A stretch of DNA of 63,036 bases, the filler included, from Cercozoa sp. M6MM (Eukaryota; Protista; Endomyxa: Ascetosporea), in assembly GCA_040357565.1 (NCBI GenBank). It is 12 parts of 12 records of this genome, joined end to end, with 100 filler letters (N's around TTAATTAATTAA, not from the genome) between each part and the next. Parts side by side here need not be neighbours in the genome. Positions count along the whole stretch, not along the records: positions 11,837 to 28,461 come from JBDODJ010000282.1; 11 more parts are not named here. One strand, given 5' to 3'. A model generated the notes under the pieces. That model did no database searches, had not been told where the DNA came from, and saw only the letters and a list, made by a program, of their open reading frames with translations. This document shows positions 11,924 to 24,600 of this stretch, one piece after another. The first letter of the stretch is position 1; each line of letters begins with the position of its first letter. The position numbers and the translations under genes were made by a program.

Positions 11924-14405
11924 CAGAAGACGGTCATCGCAGTCAACTCGACGCGTGAGTGTGCACACCAACAACACCAACAAGAGCAATCCGAACACGA
12001 CTACGAAACCGCATGGTAGCTTGCAAAGTAAGTCTGTGTGTTCGTATGTTCGGCATGTAGTATTGTCGACAGCAACGATCAGTGTCAACTCGAACTGCTA
12101 CAACAGCAGCAATGAAAATGACAACAGTGGCAACGCGAAATTTATCGAGCACTGGACAGTGCAGGACGTCTGCGACTGGCTCGTACCTTCGTATGTGTGT
12201 ATGTCCAAAGAACGAATTTAGTGCATGCTTTTCAGGAGCTCTTGTCGCTGGACCAGTTTGTCAGTCACTTTAAAGATGCTGCCGTGAATGGAGACATGCT
12301 TGGTATCGATGCATACGATACCGCACATGCGACTGGTCGCACACTCCATTCACCCCACCTTCTCACCCTTTTGCCCTACAGTGGAGTGCTATCGCGCCGA
12401 GTTGACAGCGGCATCGCCGCAAGACTCGTTGTTGCAGAGTATTTTCTCTGCCCTTTGTGCTTGTGCCGGTGCTGAATGCACGTGAGTTTTTGCAGGTGAG
12501 CTGTGTGTGGCGCGTCGAATTCATCGACTCAAATTGTGCAAGGTGCGGTCATTTTGGTGTTTGAGCGTGCTTGTGTGACATTCAACCGATTTGTGCAGGA
12601 GATCGCGAAGCTGCTTGAGAAGTCACCGCGCTACCGCACACGCATGTCGGCACATGATGTACCTGTCGCACCGTCAGTGTATCGTATGTGTTCCATACAA
12701 AGTGATTATCGCAGATATCATCGCCGTCATCGTCGTCAGGCATGGTTCTGGGGCCCAAGACACCTGCATTAATGTCTTCCCACAGCCGTGATGATCTGTA
12801 AGACGCCATACCTCTTGTTGGGTTCCTCGCAGGCTTTTACGTCATGTCTGGTTAGGATGAGTCAAGGAGTACCAACTCCGCGGCGCATCGAACTGCGTGA
12901 GATCACGATTGAGGTGGCGTCGTTTGTGAGTGCTTGTTCTCTGCTCCATATGTGTATTCAAAACAGCACGAGATCGGACGCGGCGCCTTTGGTGTCGTAC
13001 ACAAGGTACACGCCTGAGTATGTGTGTGTGTGTGTGTCTGTGCGTGTGTGCGCGCGCTGTATCGGTTTGGTAATGGACAGGCTCGCTGGAGAGGAACTGA
13101 CGTCGCTGTGAAAATGTTGCATCAGGTATCTTTCTGTTCTCCCAATTCCAGTCAGCCGAGGAACTTTGTTGCTTGCAGGATCGGTTTGAGAGGGAAGACG
13201 ATATGCGTTCCTTCTTGCGCGAAGCCGAACTCATGGGTGCCTCTTCTTATTTGGTCTCTGCTTGAGTGATTGTTTTTGCGTGTGTTTTGTCACAGAACTG
13301 CTGGGCAATCACCCGAGCATTGTAAACTTCTGCGGTGTGTGCGTCGAACCGCCTCACTTGGCTCTCGTCACCGAATGGTTACCGGTACCTCAATTTTGCG
13401 CACCGGCTGAGGGCGGATTGAAGTGCATCGAGTTTAGGGTGGCTCGGTCAAGGACATGATTGAGAGACCTGCTGGGTCGGACCCTGGGTATCACCCAAGC
13501 ATTGTAAACTTCTGCTGACGTGGTGATTAACATCACGAATTGCGTAGACGAGATGCAGGAGCGTTAAATTTGCACACGGTGCTGCAGATGGCGATTTCGG
13601 CGGCAGCTGGCGTCTTGCATTTACACGCGGAGGGTACGTCTCGTCATGCGCTGATTGGTCTGAAACGTATGTGTTCTGCAGGGGTGATTCATCGTGACTT
13701 AGCGGCGAGAAATTTGCTCGTGGACCACCGCGATCTTAGCAGGTACTTTGATACTTGATGAGACGTGCTACCCGGCCGATACCACTCCAAGCATTGTTTA
13801 TATGGGGCTAGTGTACGAGTCACGGACTTTGGCATTTCGAGACTCAAATTAAAGGCCGAGCAGGTCGCACACACGGAGAGCAATGTCGGCCCCGTGATGT
13901 GGATGGCACCAGAAAGCATTGAGCGACAACAGTACTCAGAAAAGAGGTACGCAACGCAGGTTATATTTGGTGTGTCAATTAAATGAATCGCATTGCAAAA
14001 CAACAAACAAACGCAGCGACTCCTTTTCGTTTGGTGTGTGTTTGTGGGAAATGCTGCATCGCGCTACGCCGCCTTACCCTGATCTGTACAACTTGGAGGC
14101 TGCCATTAAGGTATTACTGGCTTTTTTTGTGCCCTGATTTTACCTTTTTTCCAAAAGGTTGTGCATGATGATATGCGGCCTCGCATCTCGCCGGATTTGC
14201 CGCCCGCGCTGGCTGACTTGTTGCGCGACTGTTGGCAAAAGTATCTTCTTATTTTGCGTTGCAAAGTTTTAATGCCGGGTTGGTACGCTACCACTGTTAC
14301 AGGAATCCTCAGCGCCGTCCCACATTCGAACAAATTACGACGCGTTTGCGTATGTATCTGCAACACTTGGACAGCACGACTGCCAATGGCAGAGTCGGTG
14401 CCTAG
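11924..14405 (+). CDS. SAM-domain tyrosine kinase(-like) protein (5' truncated)
   Basis: SAM motif WTVQDVCDWL..L.QF...F....VNGDML; kinase IGRGAFGVVHK, DVAVKML, HPSIVNFCGVC, HRDLAARNLL, DFGISR, GPVMWMAPES, SDSFSFGVCLWEM, CWQKNPQRRPTF. Confidence 0.9.
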
Positions 14406-14722
14406 TCGCTAGACACCCTGGGTGACTGACCGGGCACTACCGCCGACTGTCGGGTATGCTGCGGCGACTTACGAACGATGATGAGCCTAACGTAGCTATA
14501 CGTCGCGTGCTTAGTTACGTTAATTTGTTTGTTTCGATATGAAACGACTAAAAGGAAGTGTTAAAGTCAGTTCGGAAGAGGAGGATTAAAAGACATAGTT
14601 CGGATTTGATCGTACGCGCTGACGAGTACTCAGTCAGATTGCAGTGCGCGTTGGATGATAAACGCTGCAAGTAAAACAAAAGGAATATGATGTGCGATTC
14701 TGCAAGCACGGTCGTCTGTTGA

Positions 14723-14914
14723 GTGATGCTTCCATTCTCGGCGGCATTGTTGAAACCGTTGACGGGTGACGAGGAGCAAGAGCAGCAGGAGAAGCAAGAG
14801 GAACCGATGCAGGAGGAGGAGAGCACCGAAGGCGGGGAGCTGCAGCAGGGAGAAAACGCCAAAGAGAGCGAGGAAGAGGAAGAGGAATACGAGGAACCCA
14901 GTGCTGCTGACTAG
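14723..14914 (+). other. Orphan acidic (E/Q-rich) ORF, probable gene fragment
   Basis: GAG/CAG-rich coding-like stretch with no clear upstream exons. Confidence 0.3.
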
Positions 14915-15099
14915 CTTCTGTTGCAGCCATTGCGACTCTGCGCAAGGCGCGTTCCTTGCTCGATGACAAGCAGTATGGTAAATGACACTCGAGTCAAATG
15001 GAATGGAAGGCAGCTGCGGTCGAGTGAGCGAGAATCAAGTGGCATGCGCAACGCAGAAGCCTGAGTCCTATCGGAATCGATACCGAGAGCATGCGATGC

Positions 15100-15342
15100 T
15101 TACGCGGCACCAGCCGTTTTCTGTCGCTTGGCGGCGGGCTCATCGCTGGCCTCCAGGTAGCCAGCTTCAGCAAGCGTTAGAGGCCTCAATGAGACCGTCG
15201 ACCTCATCGGCGATCGTGTCAGCCAGCTCGGCCACATCCTCCAGCGTAGCCAGCACGTCCTCCTCACATCCTCGAAAGTCGAAAAAGGAACACAGAACAC
15301 AGAGACAACGATACGTCCTGCGAACGTATTGGGGGACACATG
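15100..15342 (-). other. Orphan mini-gene or gene fragment with NLS-like PAAKRQK
   Basis: GC3-rich EDVLATLEDVAELADTIADEVD joined through a 31-nt GT..CTAAC..AG intron to AGYLEASDEPAAKRQKTAGAA*. Confidence 0.35.
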
Positions 15343-15505
15343 CCTGTGGGTCGGGTCACATGCGCGGCGGTGCGCGGCCCCGCTGGCGTCTATAGCTCGG
15401 CTAACTCTACGCTAAATTGAACTGAGTCTACCTTCACCCGGTCGCACCAAAATTGAGAGAACTCCGACAAAGTATGGTTTCGCTGAGGGGGGTTTAAGTT
15501 TAAAG

Positions 15506-15790
15506 AGGGGAACATAGTTTAGTAAACCAACTACAAGTAGAGAAGCGTGCTTAATAGCGGAAAATTGCCATCAAGGCGAAGCAAACCGGGCTGCGGCAAA
15601 CAAAGTCACGCAGCCTAATCGACGCGACAGGTGTTGAGGAGCTTCAATTGAATGCCCAGATCCACGTGATTGCACTTAAACTTTGTTATCATTTGCCATA
15701 GAGCTCCGCAATCGTGGTAACTTAGTCATTGTACCCTTGGTTTCTTAGTAGGCTGAACTAACTAACTATCATGATCTGCGTGCACTGACG
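15506..15790 (+). repeat. Dispersed element copy B, split into 15506-15519 and 15737-15790
   Basis: AGGGGAACATAGTT ... TTGGTTTCTTAGTAGGCTGAACTAACTAACTATCATGATCTGCGTGCACTGACG matches 17945-18015. Confidence 0.7.
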
Positions 15791-15873
15791 CTGTAAGCAT
15801 CCACTACGACTTGGTCAGCGTACGTGCGGTATCTGGCAGACGGACAGTCGGCGCGCGTTCAACGCAAATCTAC

Positions 15874-16460
15874 TTAGCGCGACTCGCGGAAAAGCTGTTC
15901 CACTGCCTCCTCTGACTGTCCGCGCTCCTCGCTTGTCCACATGCCAGGCACCCTAAAATGACACACAAGAATCAAGAAACCCAATAAGAAGTGAGAGGAC
16001 ATACCAGCGACCTTGCAGACTTCGCGTCTTTGACTTTGTGCGGTTCCACATGCGAATGTTACCCATGTTACGTCCAGTGCGCTGCCACAGGTAGTCAGCG
16101 ACCTCCCAGATCTTATCCACGTCCTTGACCTTGCAGCCGACCTGGTGTTCGACACCATTTTCTGCAGTTTTCGTTTGAGCAGACTAGTGAAACATGAATT
16201 AAAAACTCGAACGTACTGTACTGTGCGATGATGTGCGGGTGAGTAAACGGCACGACGCGAGCTTCCACAGTGACTTGCGGGTGCTGCCGCGCGTACTCAA
16301 ACAAGTGCTTAGTTTCGATGAAGTGACGCATCGAGCGGCTGCTACCGGCCTTCTGGCAGTAGCAGAACACAATGCGCTGGAGCGCACGGGGCCCTACAGC
16401 AATTGCACGGACAAAATTGAGAAAGCATATGTACAACGCACCTTCAACTGCGGAAGCCAT
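15874..16460 (-). CDS. MRPL43: Mitochondrial ribosomal protein mL43 (L51/S25/CI-B8 domain)
   Basis: LQRIVFCYCQKAGSSRSMRHFIE..L.EYARQHPQV, HPHIIAQY.NG. Confidence 0.85.
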
Positions 16461-16769
16461 TGGGCTATGGCGTGACTCTGCTACAGTTGCGCAGCCGTAG
16501 AACCTCACAGGGCCTGTTTTTGGCCGGCGCAGACTGCAGATGTTTTGACTCAAAACGAGCCGGGGAGCCGAACAAAAAAAAAACAGTATTGCACTGTACA
16601 AGTGTACAGTAATACTGTACTGTATACTGATACTCTGAATTTAGTTTAGCAGAACAGCTAGTGTCCATTTTCACCGTTGACGCCATTATTCACGCGGAAT
16701 AGCGGCTGTATACGGGCTGTCTACATTTGGGGGCGCTATTCTGGCGCGCCTGAAAAACTTCGTGCACAT

Positions 16770-17851
16770 ATGGACGAAGTTGTTTCGAAACTCATGCCAC
16801 ATGCATCCGTCATTTTTAAAGTAGTCTCACAAATGTCTGGGCCGTCCGTGTTGCCCTGAATCAAGGGAAATACCCATATATGAAGATGTGATGTTGTTGG
16901 TGCAGGCTAGCGGAAGACAGCGACGACGACGGTTGTCGCCTTCAGCGGTCTTGGCGCGTGTGGTGGCTCCCTTGTGGCCGGTTGCATGTGGTGCCTATTG
17001 TCTTTTTGTTGAATGACATATTGGTACGCATAAGCTTGATAGGAATCCGACCAGGAGCCACTCTGGACTCACTCGAAATTTCTGACGATTGCGCACTGTG
17101 CATTGCGAGAGCATTCGATGAAATGTGAGCTCGCATTTTCAAACCCATTTGTTCACTTATTCTATCGTTTATGCCAGGCAATCGGTGGTCCCGTTGCGGC
17201 TGGATGAAAATACTATCGTATTCGTTTCCGCAACGACTTTGCAGAAGCATCTGAGCGCTCGAAGTGATATCTGCTTTGTTCGTGCTGATAGATCGGTACG
17301 TCATAATTGTTAAATTGACTTTCCTTTTGTGATTGCTGTTTCACTAGAACGACTTGCCGTCTTTGTGGAAAGACAAGATTGTGATCACACAGTGCGTGGA
17401 ATCCTTGCGGCAGCTTCTTACATCCGTCCTTGAGCGAGCTGCAACTCATCGAGAGATTGTGCGGTTACCTGTCTGGGCGCAGTCTACCGCAACTCTGGGT
17501 TTGTTTTTGGGGTACCCTGTTGTGTACGCATACGGAAGCGCTCAACAAGACGGCGCTGGCACCGTTTTTGCGCGCAATTTTGGTACTTTAGAACTTGACA
17601 AATCTAGTATATTGTAAATGTGTTCAGATGGCAATTGCTTGGGAAGCACCGGTCTTGTGCTGCATAAATTCGTGTTTACTCGCGAAAACAGCGAAATTGT
17701 ATTGTTCTCCTTTTCCGTCCCAAGCAGCCTGGCCACTGAGTTTGATACCACTACGCTGGACCGCACAACTGCCGACTTGCAGAGAATATTTGATTGCGGC
17801 AATGTCACTCGATCGTCGCAGCAAGTCCATCTTCCGGTGTATAGCATGTAG
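16770..17851 (+). CDS. DUF4504 / C1orf74-like protein
   Basis: GIRPGATLD, ATLGLFLGYPVVY, GNCLGSTGL, LFSFSVPSSL. Confidence 0.7.
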
Positions 17852-17944
17852 AGTTGCGTCTACGTCGACGTCGGGTCATGCTGCGTTCCAGCAACCCGGC
17901 GGTTGATCGTTAAGTCTACTAACTAAAAAAGGCCATGCCCAAGG

Positions 17945-18015
17945 GCTGGTACAGGGGAGCTACATAGTTGCTTTCTTAGTAGACTGAACTATCTGATGAT
18001 CTAGATGCACGGACG
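17945..18015 (+). repeat. Dispersed element copy C (most complete)
   Basis: GCTGGTACAGGGGAGCTACATAGTTGCTTTCTTAGTAGACTGAACTATCTGATGATCTAGATGCACGGACG. Confidence 0.75.
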
Positions 18016-18494
18016 GTGACTCACGCAATCGAATGTACCAAGACAAAACAAAAAAAGTCTCGGTGTGTCTGGGAGTTCGGGTCACGGATAGCCCCCGCGC
18101 ACTTTGTGCATTTTGTCTGGCCCGTCCATGGCCATGGCATTACCACAGCAAGCCGCCAAATTCGCTCATGGTGCCTTGCATGTGTGTCGGTCAGAGCTTG
18201 CAGTGGCAGTGGGTAAGTTTTGTGTCTGGTCGTTCTTGTGGCTTGCTACTCAGAGCCACACAGAAAAAGGAGAGCTCGCGTCTTGAGCTACCAGTTTGAT
18301 TGTCGCTTGTTCGGTCACCTCAAGTAATTACTGGCTGCTTTAAGGAGAAGGGGATGGGGTTTAATGAGTTACTGTGCCTGGACAGTATAACTCAAACTGA
18401 TACCAGCGAAGTCACACCGTGGCGGGTGGTACCGCGGTAGCGTAGCGATTATAACCTAATTGCTTGCCGTTGTTTACATTTTGCCCAGTTGTTT

Positions 18495-20596
18495 AGTTAC
18501 TCTTCACAGCCAGCCGTAGCGTCAAAATCTGAGCCGGAGGCACCGGGATCAGGTTCCTCGTTTCCTCCGTGTGCTCTTCTTCGCGCCTTTCGCGTGTTAG
18601 CGCTAAAGATAGGATAATACCATGCCATGCTATCTGAAGAGCTATTTCACAAGTGCACCTTGGCGTGTTTTTGCCGAGACCAAGGATCTCTTTGAAACGA
18701 TCGCTCATTTCAATGCACCTGCGAAAAGCAAATACTTTTGATTGAAAGGCAAAAAGGGATGAGGTACCACAAACAAATCTCGATGCACAACAGCGCAATG
18801 ATACACCTACGATTATAGACAGTGCAAGATTTTTTTTATCAAGTGCACAACAAAACAGTTCACAACCAAACAGGATACACATTGATAACTGATACCAATC
18901 GAGTGTGTCGCTCTTGTTGGCATGCATGCATTCCACCAAAAACTGGAGGGAATCTCTTGCCTTGCCTGCCTTGTTCTATCCGATCCACAAACGTTATGAA
19001 CATAAAGTACATGTTAGCCTCGGTGAAACAACGTACCTGCAATCGTTCAAACCGATCGACAACGTCGTACTCTTCCCTCAACTGTACAAAAAGTGTTTCG
19101 ATACGCCGAGTTTTTCGGGCACTGTTGTCGTACCTGATCCCAGAGCTCCTCCAGTTCGGAGTGCTCCCACACTACGCGCGGCATGCGAGGTGTCCTATAT
19201 TGCAAACAGTGTACATACATGACCGAGTGCCCATGGGAACTCACTCGCGAATTAGTCGACTCAGATCCATGTCAACCTAGTGAAAGAACATCGCAATAGC
19301 GAACAACACACAGCACTAAACAAGTTGCAGTTATTATACTTGAGCGAGTAACCGCATCAAATCATGCCTGCCACAACTTAAAACTTATACAACCGGCAAA
19401 AAAAAAAAAAAAAAAAACGCAGTCACTTTGTTCCGGAGATCGCTCCAGTATTTAACACTTCCTGGTTGACCTACAAAACTGCTTAACACTTGTTTCTGCT
19501 CATGTATTAACAAATTTACATGATCAATTCGAGTAAGTGTTCCGTCAATCAGACGTTCGAAATGCTGTAAGCACTCGCTTGTTCCCAGCACGTGAGCCAC
19601 AACAGCCAAAACTACGAAACACAAAATTAACAATGATAAGAGAAACCCAATCAAAATGGATGTACATTTTACCTTCTGGTGAGGCCGTTTGAAGCGACAG
19701 TGTGCCATCGCGGTGCATGTGAAATGCTTTATTCACGTCGGCAAGTCCTGGAGCTTGTCGAAGCTCGAGAACTGTCCACGCTTCCGCCCAGCTGCTGGTG
19801 CTTTCCTGAAAGTGCAGTGTGTTTTGGTGCGAAAATACAAGTGTCTGCAGCAGTAGTAGCAAAAGTACCCTTCCGAGAGACATTAGAAGCTTTGTGCGCA
19901 ACTGCCAGCATTCAGAAGCCGAACATCCCACCGATACCATGCTCCCTTGCCTCAAAAATACGACTGTGCGTAATTTACACATTACCAGACCGACACAGAC
20001 ACTTATACAGAAACACGGACCGGTAGGTTACCGGTTCGAGGAAGCTCTGTCTCACAGGATACGTCTCCAAGTTGCACAACCTATATTCAATTGGAGGATG
20101 AAGACAAATGATACGTAAAACACGCTGGAAGTACCACAGCTTCGCGGATTTGGGTCACCTGGAACGGATCAATTAATTTTTTTGGAGTTTGGATCATCAC
20201 TTGAATTGGCGGAAACATGAAACACGACGGAGTACCGTTAAATCTTCAACGTGGCGCAAGGCACTCTACCTCACATTGGCGTATTTAAATACAGTAAGAA
20301 AAAAGTGCACAAACCACAAGAGGTAAATTTATTGGTACGACAATTCGACGAGGTGAGATGTTGCGGAGCTGCGGGTCGTAATAGGCCTGTGCTTCCACTG
20401 GCTGCTCAACTTTGTCTTCTGACACCATTTTCGGTACTTTCTGGTGGAGTGCTGTTGACGACAACGACCATGCTTGTGCTGAATCTTGTTGGAGCGAAGA
20501 ATGCTCTGCTGACGAGAGGGCGGTTGCCGATGCCCACGATTCATGCAACGCGCGGCGCGTTCGCGATGCAAGCGATTTCAGCCAGCGCGATCGCAT
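18495..20596 (-). CDS. RMND1/Rmd1/Sif2-family (DUF155) protein with mitochondrial-type N-terminus
   Basis: PRVVWEHSELEELWDQ|LREEYDVVDRFERLQ|NKAGKARDSLQFLVECMHANKSDTLDW|CIIALLCIEICL. Confidence 0.75.
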
Positions 20597-20791
20597 GCCT
20601 ACAGCCCTGTTCCGCAATTAACAACGACTTTTTATTTCTTTAATAATTGTGCTTGGCGCTCATTTTTCCTCGCTGTGCAGTAATATTTCATTCTATTTCA
20701 TTCCTGCACCGTAGAGAAGCAGCAAGACCCACTAGTTTCCACGCCGAGTGGGCCGTGTGCTTTTGTGAGTTGTTTGTGAAGGAAATCTGGC

Positions 20792-21650
20792 ATGGACAAG
20801 GCGGACCTGCTCGCGCTCGATGGTGATAGCTTCGACCCAATATCTTTCCTGAATGAGGTGAGTGTCTGTGTAGCCCACTTTGATGCGCTTGCTTGGCAAT
20901 GTTCATGTCCGCAGCGCTTCCCAACGGAGCACTCGCTTGGTGCCGTCGATTCTCCCGGTACCTCCCTCCTCTGTTGATGTTGCTGCGTATCCTTGTTGTC
21001 TTGTGCCCCAGACGGTGCACTGTCAGTTCTGTTGCGCCAAGCTTCAATGACACACACGTGAGTTGACCCAACCCTCTCTTTCGTGTATACAGTGATTTTT
21101 TGCCGGTGTGTTGTAGCAAGTTGCGTCGACTGGTTGGTGACGAACTCGCTCTGCATGCCCAGCAGGTATGTCTGCCTGTCCTTAAAGGTGTTGGCAGGGA
21201 AGATGCGTGTAAAATCAGAGAACAACGGCCAAGCTTGTGCAAGAAACGCGTCTCACTGTCCAGCGTCTGTGCGCTCGAATCAATGCCATTCGGTACGTAG
21301 GTTTGTGACTGCATCAATCCATCGTCAGCCCATGTGCACTGTGCGTAGTCACCGAACCGTCCAATCAGAGACCTTGGTGGACACAATCTGCCGCGATGTG
21401 CGTGCTCTGGATGTGGCGAAACGAAATCTTGGTATGTTGTGTTTCGGGTTTGGGAATGTCCACTTGAGTGTGGTTGCAGATGCCACCATGCACGCACTAA
21501 AACGTCTCCATATGTACGTCATGCGCGCCTCATGAATGTGAGCGTGTGTGTGTGTGTGTGTGTGTTATCCTGCGAGTTTGCTGCCTTTAGGTTGCTTGCA
21601 ACGGTCGACCAACTTGAGCGTCTTGCTCATGTATACGAACTTCCCCTACG

Positions 21651-21694
<44 letters not shown>

Positions 21695-24600
21695 CTCTTG
21701 TCTTAAAGACGAACAACTACCGTCGATTGGCTCAATCGATCACTGCGACCGAGGACGTATTTAAAGGGTAGGATAGTGTTTAAAAAATTAAAAGCGGGTG
21801 ATAGAATTGGGACACTGGCTTTAGGTTTGAAGGCGGTGAAGACGTGCCCAAAGTTCGCATGTTGCGGCAGCGGTACCCTTTTCCGAAACTCGAGGGCAAG
21901 CAAAATGCAATATTCCTGTGCGTAGTTGCAATGATGCTCGACGTCTTGTTCGGTCCAAGGTAGTCCTTGCCTGTGTTACATCCATATCTATAACATAGTT
22001 TATCCAGGCCATGGAGGAATTCGCCGGCTTCTCTCCGAAGGATGTAAGTGAGAAAAATCCTCATTCTACTCTATCGTTTACTCCCTTGACAGACCAACAG
22101 TGGCGACGAAGGGCGCTTCATGCGTTTGCATGGTACATCTATCCGCTCTTGATCGGGAACTGTGTCATGTCACTTCTATAGATGCGTGCCTAGTCGTTGA
22201 TGCACTCGGAAGTGATGTACACACTGCTACTTGGACACACACACACACACACACACGCGCGCGCGCGCACACCTATACCTACACCTACACCTACACCTAT
22301 TTTTTGTACATCGGACGCCCACAGTGCAAGGGTGAACTGCTGGAATACATTTCGCGCCATGCGCTGAACGAGTTAGTTTGTGTTCGACACTGCTCGAGTG
22401 CTTCCTGCCTACCCATGTTTATGTGCAGCTACCGCAATCTTTTCGCTCCTGCAACTGGCGCAACGTTGACGGAAGGTACTATTGAACATAGAAGCACACG
22501 CAACGGCTTTACCACGACATTTGCAGAATCTGAATCCGACGCCACGATGAACCATGCTGAGCGTCGGTACCATTCTATTACGAGTAAACTGTGCATGCTG
22601 TGATCTCCTCCTTCAGATACGCTTGGTTTCGGCGTACGTTGCGTGCTTTCCACGAAAATTGGTGCTCGCCGTTTGGTATCTATTATGTGTTGCCCTATTT
22701 TTCTCGTGTCCTTATCTTACCTCTGTCTTCGCCTGTCTGTTTATACTCATGCCACTGCATTTATCTTGTAGCTGATGCCGAGAACGGAATCTTCCCGAGG
22801 CATTGGAACGTGCCGGGTGTCTTGGTAGGCCATCTTTGTTTGATTTTGAATGTATTGTGTTGTTGATTTGTTGAGACGAAAACTAACAATGTTGTATCGA
22901 CAGGCCATGCACTTCAGTCGCATCACACATCGACACTTTTCCACGCTGCTCAAGAAAGGCGTTGAGTGTGTTGACCTGATTTTCTGTTTACCCTTCTTCT
23001 TAACACTCCTTTGCGCCTTGTCTTTTGCGCCTTTGTGTTCCCGATCGCACGTTTTATTTGATGATCGCAATTCTCTGTGTTTTAGCACTCCTGTGCTCGT
23101 TCGCGCACTTCAGATGACCGTCGCTTTTGAAACCGAATTGCAGAAACTGTACCATTCGCCGTTCCGGCGCCTGCGTGCTGGCGAACTCGAGGACAGGAAC
23201 GAAGGTTAGTTGCCCGCATCCTGTGTCGCTCCTTCATCCATCGGTTACTATTGTGCTGCAACACAGAGGAACCGCAGTCGGATCTCACTGCACAAGCCAA
23301 CCGAATCAAGGAGAAGTATCGTCAGCAGAAGGAAGCGGAATTCCTGGAGGTTTCTGAAAAGGACGAGCAAAAGGCCACGATGCTAAATTTCGCCGGCGTC
23401 ATGAGTGGCGCGTTTCGGCCCTATCTTCAGGCCTTCTTGGACTTGGAAAAAAGCAATATTCGTGTGTTATGTGACGGTAAGCTCTAAGCCATTTTTCTTG
23501 GGTTGACTTATTTGGTATGTGTGAATGAAACAGACATCGAGAACGGCGAGTCTTGGAACAATTTTGGTACCCCTTGAACTTTCCCTTTGTATTGTGTTCA
23601 ACTTGTTCAAGTTACCACGAAAGAGTTTCGTGGGCAGATGGAAGCAAGCGCCGGTTCGATAAGTGCGACGCTTTGCTCAAGTATATGAAAAAATCGCTCG
23701 CCAGATGTGAACGCATTGACAAGGACCAAGTGATGTTTGACCTGGTGCGTTTTTCTTCTACCCCCTTGAAACAATCAATCAGTAGCGAATTAACCCGCGA
23801 TCGGTGTAGGTCAACACGGTGTACCGTGGTGGATTCGAACAACTCTTGGCTCTGCTAAGGCTCCGCATTCCTCCAGTACCATTCCCGTTTAGTCCTGTAC
23901 CCTACCTGGTTAATTGTTCCAGGTGACATCGAGTATGGCCGAGAATACCGCTAATGTTGTGCTGGCCGTCATGATGTACAACGTTTATTTTTAAGCGGCG
24001 AAAGTTCAAATCATGTATTGTACCTACCAGCTGCAATACTGCCGAGCACATTTTTGACGTTCTTCCTGGAGTCGCTGCCCGAGCAAATGGTGATACTATT
24101 TTGGTCTTAATGATTAACTACTTCGGTGTATCCATGTGTCACATTGTTAACCGCCTTTCGTGTAGCTGCACTCAACAAGGCCTATCGAAAGGACGGATTG
24201 TTTGAGGACCTGTGTGGTATCTCGCATCTTTCCTTTTTTACACATCTAACTCTTTTTTTGTTTCGTGTTCTAGACAAGTTTGGCGAGTTGACGAATCATG
24301 CAGCTGGTTCACCTGCTCATCGTTCTAAGGGATGTTTTTCCTCTTCTTTTATGTCATTGTTCTTTGCGCAGAGGCAGTCGTGGACGCAATTTGCGAGTTT
24401 GCACGGTGTGTTCCTCGCACCTCGACGGAGTGCTTTTTGGCGAATGTGTACTTTCCGTTTGCTTTATACAGGTCCGAGCTACAGGCGCTTTCGAGTGCTG
24501 ACTGGTCGGCCCAGGTTCAAGCTGTCGGCGATGCTTCGCCGTATTATCTCCCGCTTTGCACCTTTTCTTTTTGCACCTTTTCTTATTACCCCCCCCCCCC

